Shown: positions 25,708-32,000 of the stretch, piece after piece
Layout: each line of letters opens with the position of its first letter
Numbering within the stretch: the stretch's first letter is position 1
DNA from: Mucisphaera calidilacus
Lineage (GTDB): Bacteria; Planctomycetota; Phycisphaerae; Phycisphaerales; Phycisphaeraceae
Direction: 5' to 3'
Assembly (NCBI RefSeq): GCF_007748075.1
Contig: NZ_CP036280.1
Coordinates: 1,710,001 to 1,742,000 of the forward strand
DNA length: 32,000 bases
Program-made: the position numbers and the translations under genes
Notes under the pieces: model-generated
The model's database searches: none
Seen by the model: only the letters and a program-made list of their open reading frames with translations
What the model was told of the DNA's origin: nothing

Positions 25708-27987
25708 ATGACGACCTTTGCTGTTTCTACACGTGTTGCTCCCCAGCCGATGCAGGCCGTGTTTCCCGTATCGACCGCCAACTGGTCCTCGTCCTGGATC
25801 GGGATGCCCGACGACCCCACGCCGTCGGCACCGAACACCTGGCTCGCCTGCCGACGCACGCTCGAGCTGCAGCAGACCCCGCGACGCGCCGTGGCCCGTA
25901 TCGCGGCCGACAGCAAGTACTGGCTCTACATCAACGGCAAGCTCGTTGTGTTCGAGGGTGCGCTCAAGCGTGGCCCCACGCCCGAGGGCACCTGGTATGA
26001 CGTCGTCGATCTCACCCACCGGATCGGCAAGGGCAGCAACACCATCGCCGTACTCGTCTGGCACTTCGGCAAAGAGGGTTACTGCCACAAGAACAGCGGC
26101 AAGGCTGGATTTCTCTTTGAGCTCGACGTGGACGCATCCGGTTCCACGCTGCGTTCCGACAGCCGCTGGCGTGTCACACGACACCCCGCCTATCTCGACA
26201 CGGGAGGCCCGCAGCCTAACTATCGTCTGCCCGAATCGAATATCCGCTTTGACGCACGCAGAGACCTCGCCGGGTGGCTGGAACCCGATTTCGATGACGC
26301 CGACTGGCCGCACGCGGCCGTCCTGAGCAATCCCCACGAGGGGCCGTGGGGTCGTCTCTACGAGCGGCCGATCCCGCAGTGGCACGACTCGGGTCTCCGT
26401 CATGACCTCGACGTCGAACGGCAGCAGATGCCCGATGGATCGAGCCTGTTCATCGGCAGACTTCCCTACAACGCCCAGGTCACGCCATGGATTGATGTAG
26501 AGGGGCCGGCAGGAAGTCTGATCGACATCCGCATGGACAACTACGTCGGCGGCAGCGAGCCCAACCTCCGCGCCGAGTACGTCACGCGTGAAGGTCGACA
26601 GACCTACGAGTCACTCGGATGGATGAACGGCCACGCCATCCACGTTCTCGTTCCGGAGGGCGTCACGGTTCACGCGCTGGGGTACCGCGAAACCGGCTAC
26701 GCGACGCAGCAAACTGGATCTTTCTCCTGCGACGACACGAGGCTCAACACGCTCTGGCAGAAATCCGCACGCACGCTCTACGTGAATCTTCGCGACACGA
26801 TGTTCGACTCGCCCGACCGTGAGCGAGCCCAGTGGTGGGGTGACACCGTCCTCGAGATGACCCAGGGCTTCTACGGCTTTGACCGACGCATCGACCGACT
26901 CACTCGCAAGGCCATCCTCGAGCTCGCGGCCTGGCAGAAACCGGATGGCGTGCTGTACTCGCCTATCCCCGCGGGCAACTACAGCGACGAGCTTCCTCAG
27001 CAGATGCTCGCCAGCGTCGGGTGGTACGGCTTCTGGTCCTACTATCTTTTTACCGGCGACGCTGACACGATCGCGCGTGTGTACCCATCGGTCAGCCAAT
27101 ACATGCAACTCTGGTCACTCGACGCCGACGGACTGGTCGCGCACCGCGATGGGGGTTGGCCATGGGCCGACTGGGGCGACAACATCGACACCCCCCTTCT
27201 GGACAACGCGTGGTACGCCCTGGCGCTGCGAGCTCAGGCCAAGATGGCCCAGCTCATCGGCCAGCACGAAGACCTGCCGGCGATCGAGCACCGACTCAAG
27301 AGTGTCGCGACCAACTTCGAACGCGTCTTCTGGGACGGGACGGGCCTGCGTTCTGCGGACCACGGCGACAACCCCTACGACGATCGTGGACAGGCACTCG
27401 CCTATCTCGCCGGTCTTACGAGACCCGAGCATCAGCCCGCGTTGTTGGCCATACTCCAGGCCGAACAATGGGCGAGCCCCTACATGGAGAAGTACGTCCT
27501 CGAGGCCATGCTGCGGATGGGGGCGATCGATGCCGCACTCGACCGGATGCGTCAACGCTATGATGAGATGATTGTCAGCCCGATCACGACGCTCTGGGAA
27601 GGCTGGGAACTCAACACCGCGAAGTATGGCGGGGGGACCTACAACCACGCGTGGTCGGGCGGACCCATGGAGTTGCTCAGCCGATACGTGGCGGGGATCG
27701 AGCCTATCGAACCGAACTGGCGTCGCTTCGGCGTGAATCCACGGCTGGGTTCGCTCCTCCATCTCAGCGTAACCGTGCCCACGGAACCGGAACCGATTCA
27801 CCTGGTGGCCCGACGCGAGGATCGGCAGGTCAGCGGTACGCTGACGGTCCCCGAGGGGCACGAGGCGGTGCTCCCGCCTCATGTTCACGCCGGGGTTGCC
27901 GACAAGCCGTCTCAACCCTGTCGCCAGACCACGGCCCCCCTACCACCGGGGACGTGGCGTTTCTTGTGCATGACGACCGACGCCTGA
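25708..27987 (+). CDS. GH78-like (alpha-L-rhamnosidase-related) six-hairpin glycosidase, no signal peptide (tandem paralogue 1)
   Basis: The N-terminal block ARIAADSKYWLYINGKLVVFEG and the motif FDSPDRERAQWWGD resemble the rhamnosidase N-terminal domain and the CPxRDER..W.GD motif of Bac_rhamnosid6H. The C-terminus has TLWEGW...YNHAWSGGP. I prefer the ATG at 25708; the ORF-track start at 25660 is a TTG. Confidence 0.7.
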   Translation: MTTFAVSTRVAPQPMQAVFPVSTANWSSSWIGMPDDPTPSAPNTWLACRRTLELQQTPRRAVARIAADSKYWLYINGKLVVFEGALKRGPTPEGTWYDVVDLTHRIGKGSNTIAVLVWHFGKEGYCHKNSGKAGFLFELDVDASGSTLRSDSRWRVTRHPAYLDTGGPQPNYRLPESNIRFDARRDLAGWLEPDFDDADWPHAAVLSNPHEGPWGRLYERPIPQWHDSGLRHDLDVERQQMPDGSSLFIGRLPYNAQVTPWIDVEGPAGSLIDIRMDNYVGGSEPNLRAEYVTREGRQTYESLGWMNGHAIHVLVPEGVTVHALGYRETGYATQQTGSFSCDDTRLNTLWQKSARTLYVNLRDTMFDSPDRERAQWWGDTVLEMTQGFYGFDRRIDRLTRKAILELAAWQKPDGVLYSPIPAGNYSDELPQQMLASVGWYGFWSYYLFTGDADTIARVYPSVSQYMQLWSLDADGLVAHRDGGWPWADWGDNIDTPLLDNAWYALALRAQAKMAQLIGQHEDLPAIEHRLKSVATNFERVFWDGTGLRSADHGDNPYDDRGQALAYLAGLTRPEHQPALLAILQAEQWASPYMEKYVLEAMLRMGAIDAALDRMRQRYDEMIVSPITTLWEGWELNTAKYGGGTYNHAWSGGPMELLSRYVAGIEPIEPNWRRFGVNPRLGSLLHLSVTVPTEPEPIHLVARREDRQVSGTLTVPEGHEAVLPPHVHAGVADKPSQPCRQTTAPLPPGTWRFLCMTTDA

Positions 27988-28120
27988 CGCCCGGGCCCGA
28001 GGTGTGGGATCGGCGGTGGTTGGTAGCGTCACGATGATGCGAGGCGGCCCGGGTTCAGGCATCTGCGGTCATTGACGGCCGCACCGGTTGTCTGCAGAAT
28101 CACGGCATCAAGAAGTATTC

Positions 28121-30364
28121 ATGCCAGCAGAAAGACCGGATCTGATCAACCATTCATGGACATCCCAGTGGATCGGCCTGCCCGGCGATCCGACGCCCAG
28201 CCCGGAAAACCTGTGGCTGATGTTCCGCCGCGTTTTCTCGATCAGGTCGAGGCCCGATCGCGTCCTCGCCCGCATCGCCGGGGATACCAAGTACTGGCTC
28301 TACGTCGATGGTGAACTTGTCGTCTTCGAGGGCGGTCTCAAGCGTGGGCCACGACCCGGAGCAAGCTGGTACGACACGGTCGACCTGACTGCCTGTCTCG
28401 GGGAAGGCGACCACACCCTCGCCCTGCTGCTCTGGCACTTCGGCAAGGACGGGTTTTCTCACGTCTCCAGCGGCAAGGGGGCGCTGCTCTGCGAACTGAC
28501 CGTCGATGGCAGTCCGGTTCCTGTCATCGACACGCCTTGGAAGGTGCTCCGACACCCGGCGTATGGCAGCACGGGGTCGCCGCACCCGAACTTCCGTCTG
28601 CCCGAATCGAACCTGCGTTACGACGCCCGCGTCGACCCCGGGGCGTGGACCGCCCCCGGCTTTGATGATGCCCACTGGCCGGCAGCGGTTCATCTCGGGC
28701 CCGCCGGCATCGACCCGTGGGGCGAACTGGTCGAGCGTCCGATCCCGCTCTGGCGCAGGAGTGACTGGACACCTTATGAACGGCTGGAGCGTCAAGAGCT
28801 GCCCGACGGGCAGGTCCTGCACATCGGCGTGTTGCCCCACAACGCGCAGGTCACGCCTTGTCTCGAGGTGGAGGGTCCGGCCGGTGAGATCATCGACATC
28901 CGAACCGACAATTACCTTGGCGGGAGCGAGCCGAACGTCAGGGCTGAGTACATCACGAAGGATGGGTTTCAGCGTCATGAATCTCCCGGCTGGATGAATG
29001 GCCATGCCGTGCATTATCGCGTGCCCAGGAATCTGTCCGTGAGAAATCTTGCCTTTCGCGAGAGCGGTTACGACAGTTCGATTGTCGGCGGCTTCGCCTG
29101 CGACGACGAGGAACTCAACACGCTCTGGCAGAAGGCGTCCCGGACACTGACGGTCAATCTGCGGGACAACTTCTTCGACTGCCCCGACCGCGAGCGTGCG
29201 CAGTGGTGGGGCGACGTGGTCCTGCAGATCCCGCAGGGCTTCTACGCGATGGACCGTCGCTTCGATGCCCTCGCCCGCAAGGCCATCGATGACCTCTTCA
29301 ACTGGCGGCAGCCCGACGGCACGCTGTCGTCGCCCGTGCCCGGCAATTTCACGGACGAACTGCCTCAGCAGATGCTCGCGAGTGTCGGTCACTATGGCCT
29401 GTGGACCTACTACCTGCACAGCGGGGACCGTGACGCTCTGTCCTCGACCGCCGAGGCCGTGCAGGCCTATCTGTCGCTGTGGAAGGTCGATGAACGAGGC
29501 ATTCTGGAGCATCGCCCCGGCGGCTGGGCCTGGAGTGACTGGGGTGACAATCAGGACATGAGGATTCTGGAGAGCGCCTGGTACATCCTCGCCTGCCGCG
29601 CTTCGGCTCGCATCGCCCGTGTGCTCGGTGACGAAGACAAGGCCCGGGCTCATCAGGCTCAGGCCGACCGGCTCACCGAGACCTGCCGGCGTGAGTTCTG
29701 GGACGGAGCGGGATTCCGTTCGATCGAACACACCGAGCGCCCCTACGACGACCGGGCCCAGGCGCTGGCCTGTCTCGCGGGGATGGTGCGTCCGTCGCAG
29801 TACCCAGCGATCGCGCGTGCGCTGCAGGAGCAGGCCTGGTCGAGCCCCTACATGGAGAAATACGTCCTCGAAGCCCTTCTGAAAATGGGTTATATCGATC
29901 AGGCACTCGAACGCATGAAGCAGCGGTACGCCGAGATGATCGCAAGCCCCATCACCACGCTCTGGGAGGGCTGGGCACTCAACACCGCACGGTTTGGCGG
30001 CGGCACCTACAACCACGCGTGGTCGGGGGGCCCGCTTGAGCTGCTCAGCAGGTGTATCGCAGGCGTAGGGCCAACAGAACCCGGATGGAAGCGATTCTCT
30101 GTGCGCCCAGCGCTGGGACACCTGCGACAGGTCGATGTCGTCGTTCCGACCGAGCCGGACCCAATCAGGCTCGGTCTTCGCAAAGATCAGGTCGGTCTCG
30201 AAATGAAGCTGACGGTCCCCGCGGGGCGTGAAGCGGTCGTGTCGCATCAGACGACTACAAGCCGTGTCTGCGTCAATGACCGGCCGGATCGCAGCCTTTC
30301 GCCTGAGACAGAGCGAACGAGCACCCTCCCGTCCGGCGTGTGGACGATCCGTGAATTCAGCTAA
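28121..30364 (+). CDS. GH78-like (alpha-L-rhamnosidase-related) six-hairpin glycosidase, no signal peptide (tandem paralogue 2)
   Basis: Colinear with 25708..27987 along its full length, by eye roughly 55-60% identical. Examples: ARIAGDTKYWLYVDGELVVFEG, FDCPDRERAQWWGD, SSPYMEKYVLEA, TLWEGW, TYNHAWSGGP. I prefer the ATG at 28121; the ORF-track start at 28088 is a TTG. Confidence 0.7.
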   Translation: MPAERPDLINHSWTSQWIGLPGDPTPSPENLWLMFRRVFSIRSRPDRVLARIAGDTKYWLYVDGELVVFEGGLKRGPRPGASWYDTVDLTACLGEGDHTLALLLWHFGKDGFSHVSSGKGALLCELTVDGSPVPVIDTPWKVLRHPAYGSTGSPHPNFRLPESNLRYDARVDPGAWTAPGFDDAHWPAAVHLGPAGIDPWGELVERPIPLWRRSDWTPYERLERQELPDGQVLHIGVLPHNAQVTPCLEVEGPAGEIIDIRTDNYLGGSEPNVRAEYITKDGFQRHESPGWMNGHAVHYRVPRNLSVRNLAFRESGYDSSIVGGFACDDEELNTLWQKASRTLTVNLRDNFFDCPDRERAQWWGDVVLQIPQGFYAMDRRFDALARKAIDDLFNWRQPDGTLSSPVPGNFTDELPQQMLASVGHYGLWTYYLHSGDRDALSSTAEAVQAYLSLWKVDERGILEHRPGGWAWSDWGDNQDMRILESAWYILACRASARIARVLGDEDKARAHQAQADRLTETCRREFWDGAGFRSIEHTERPYDDRAQALACLAGMVRPSQYPAIARALQEQAWSSPYMEKYVLEALLKMGYIDQALERMKQRYAEMIASPITTLWEGWALNTARFGGGTYNHAWSGGPLELLSRCIAGVGPTEPGWKRFSVRPALGHLRQVDVVVPTEPDPIRLGLRKDQVGLEMKLTVPAGREAVVSHQTTTSRVCVNDRPDRSLSPETERTSTLPSGVWTIREFS

Positions 30365-30367
30365 AAA

Positions 30368-30395
30368 CCCCGCTTCTTCAGGAAGAAGAGCGGGG
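30368..30395. terminator. Bidirectional intrinsic terminator hairpin between convergent genes
   Basis: CCCCGC/GCGGGG plus TTCT/AGAA stem (10 bp with a 2-nt bulge) starting 4 nt after the TAA at 30362..30364. On the minus strand the hairpin is followed by TTTTTA (reverse complement of 30362..30367), a canonical U-tract for the 30431..31252 transcript. Confidence 0.75.
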
Positions 30396-30430
30396 CTCAG
30401 GATCAAAGGTTGATGCCTGTCTGCGGTGAC

Positions 30431-31252
30431 TCAGCCACGCCGGCGGAGCAGGGCAAGCCCGCCCAGCGCCAGCAGTGACGCCGACATCGGCTCGGGCAGA
30501 GCCGAGATGACGAGGTTGTCGTACATCGCGCCGCCCGTGTTGGCCGAGAAACCGACGTAACCAAGGCCTTCACCGTCGGTGATGAAATTCTGCGTGGTCA
30601 CCGGCGTGCCATTGACGGCGATCGAGATCGTGATCGGATCGAGCGCATCAAAACCATCCGGGGCTTCGACCTTCACCTCAACGTTGACCTGTGCGGTCGC
30701 GTCATCGAAACCAGCGATGTTGTCGAAGTTGATCGAACCGCCGCCAAAGGTATTCCACTGCACACGCCCGGCCCCCTGATTGCTCTGGATCAGGAAGGTG
30801 GCGTCGGTGACCGCGTTGACGGCGAGGAAGGCCGCTCCGCCATCGGTGGCGGCAACCGTGGCCGCGTCCAGGCCGAAGAAGATCGATGCGAAACCCGAGG
30901 AGCCGCGCGTGACGTCGACGTTCACCACGTATCCGCCGGCGGCGAGAACGGCGGGATCCGTGGTCAGGTCGTAGGCGGTCGAGGCGGCACCAAAGCGGAT
31001 GACACCCTGGCCGTCCTGAACCGTAGAGTTGATGCCACCGCCGCTCACGCGCGTCGGCGTCAGGGCGTAGGCCTGAACGGTTGATCCGCCAAGGCCGTTG
31101 TCGTTGCTGCCCCAGTCGCTCAGCAAGGCGCCATTGTCCGGGTTGGCGTTGCCGAGTGTCCTGTCAAAGGCGTCCGAAAGAATCGCCGCTGACGCAGTCG
31201 ATCCCGTGAACAATGCAGCGATCGTCCATAGTGCTGTTTTGCGGTTTGTCAT
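30431..31252 (-). CDS. Secreted PEP-CTERM-anchored lectin-like protein (paralogue family member 3, minimal form)
   Basis: AGGAG lies 7 nt upstream. Signal peptide MTNRKTALWTIAALFTGSTASA. Shared family motifs LSDAFDRTLG...LSDWGSNDNGLGGS...IRFG...YDNLVISA. C-terminal LPEPMSASLLALGGLALLRRRG. Confidence 0.85.
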   Translation of the reverse strand: MTNRKTALWTIAALFTGSTASAAILSDAFDRTLGNANPDNGALLSDWGSNDNGLGGSTVQAYALTPTRVSGGGINSTVQDGQGVIRFGAASTAYDLTTDPAVLAAGGYVVNVDVTRGSSGFASIFFGLDAATVAATDGGAAFLAVNAVTDATFLIQSNQGAGRVQWNTFGGGSINFDNIAGFDDATAQVNVEVKVEAPDGFDALDPITISIAVNGTPVTTQNFITDGEGLGYVGFSANTGGAMYDNLVISALPEPMSASLLALGGLALLRRRG

Positions 31253-31478
31253 TCTGCCTCTCCTGAGTAAGAAATGCGGGGTTGGTCAGATACGTGTGAA
31301 ACATGAAAACTCGAACGACTACATCCTACCACTCCATCGGGGTGCGGCAAGGGTCCGCGCGTAAGTATTTTCACACAACGTGATCACTGCAGATGGTTGA
31401 CACGAATACCATCCATCCGGACCAGAGTGCCGGACGACGATTTTGGTCGTGATTTGTGGATTCGGGTAAGGGGTCTGC

Positions 31479-31492
31479 GATCACCTGTGATC
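31479..31492. promoter_or_regulatory. Dyad GATCAC-CT-GTGATC in the AraC / PEP-CTERM intergenic region
   Basis: 6+6 perfect arms read directly from the sequence. The related 8-bp palindrome GTGATCAC lies at 31380..31387, 128 nt upstream of the PEP-CTERM gene start at 31252. Confidence 0.3.
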
Positions 31493-31562
31493 TTGATGAT
31501 GCGCAATGTGATCTTTATTCTTGATCCGCACTGCCGGACATGCCCGGTCACCCCCGGCCTGA

Positions 31563-32000
31563 TTACGTTGTTTTTTTCTGAACCGAGCGGTAGTCCGAAG
31601 GCGTCATGTTGAGCAGCCGCCTGAACGCCCGGCTGAAAGCCGCCTGCGATCCGAAGCCAAGATCGATCGCGATCCGCTTGACCGGTTGATCCGTGTGCCT
31701 GAGTCGTCGGGCCGCTTCCTGGATCCGCAATTCCAATGCGTAGCTGTGCGGCGCCTGCCCGTATGCCCGTGTGAAGGCACGCGTCAGGTGCTCACGCGTG
31801 ACGCCATACTCCCCGGCCAGTTCCTGAACCGTCCAGGCATGGGCGAGGTTGTCCCGGATCGTGTGCTCGACCTGCTCGGCCAATTGACTGGAGAAACGAC
31901 TGGTCTCGGCGTCCTCGACGCCTTCCATCAGAGCCACGATCAGGTCGTTGTAAAAACGCACCCCTTCTGACGACGTCATCCGGATGTAGTGCGACGGCTC
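31563..32000 (-). CDS. AraC/XylS-family transcriptional regulator, C-terminal part (the reading frame is still open at the right edge)
   Basis: WTVQELAGEYGVTREHLTRAFTRAYGQAPHSYALELRIQEAARRL...IAIDLGFGSQAAFSRAFRRLLNMTPSDYR. The frame stays open upstream of the ATG at 31979 (EPSHYIR) to position 32000. Paralogous to 20859..21782. Confidence 0.85.
   Translation of the reverse strand, partial: EPSHYIRMTSSEGVRFYNDLIVALMEGVEDAETSRFSSQLAEQVEHTIRDNLAHAWTVQELAGEYGVTREHLTRAFTRAYGQAPHSYALELRIQEAARRLRHTDQPVKRIAIDLGFGSQAAFSRAFRRLLNMTPSDYRSVQKKTT

Noticed and set aside
28154-30406. A 750-aa ORF running antisense across the entire second GH78-like gene, nearly the same length as the gene itself.
   Set aside because: Coordinate arithmetic shows it uses the same codon boundaries as the sense gene (sense codon starts and antisense codon low ends are both congruent to 2 mod 3). 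It therefore stays open simply because the sense gene avoids TTA, CTA and TCA codons, which are rare in GC3-rich genomes. Its product is Arg/Gly/Pro/Ala-rich with no recognisable motif, and it has no SD. The paralogous gene shows the same register of shadow ORFs (25525..26403, 26611..27108, 27115..27915), interrupted by a few such codons.
31397-31402. A perfect TTGACA hexamer on the plus strand in the AraC / PEP-CTERM spacer.
   Set aside because: No -10-like element lies 16-18 bp downstream, and both flanking genes are on the minus strand.

Overview
G+C-rich, almost fully coding bacterial window with strong GC3 bias, so long antisense shadow ORFs are common. Gene content points to the PVC superphylum, most likely a Planctomycetota/Phycisphaerae-like organism: DUF1559/H-X9-DG prepilin-like proteins, PEP-CTERM anchors, and a sulfatase embedded among glycosidases. 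I saw no rRNA, tRNA, CRISPR or mobile-element genes. The window is a carbohydrate-utilisation island with three blocks.

(1) 1..8226, minus strand: a LacI regulator, then a secreted dockerin/PEP-CTERM protein, a DUF1559 pseudopilin-like protein, a BNR/Asp-box propeller with dockerins, GH1, araD, and the first 15 codons of araA. A GH140-like gene is divergent from LacI.

(2) 9701..21782, minus strand: an AraC regulator, then a leaderless sulfatase, GH2, a GPH-family symporter, a GH2-like enzyme and GH32.

(3) 22203..32000: a PEP-CTERM lectin-like protein, a DUF1559 protein, a lectin-like/dockerin/PEP-CTERM protein and two tandem GH78-like paralogues on the plus strand. A third PEP-CTERM paralogue and a second AraC gene are on the minus strand.

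The best candidate for something undescribed is the twice-repeated triad of a PEP-CTERM or dockerin surface protein, a DUF1559 pseudopilin, and a dockerin protein, each wired to its own regulator and glycosidases. Supporting observations are a conserved double-dockerin plus PEP-CTERM cassette on three unrelated N-terminal domains, a three-member lectin-like paralogue family, and a dense CGAAA/TTTCG operator-like array beside the LacI gene. All family calls rest on motifs read by eye; no database search was possible.
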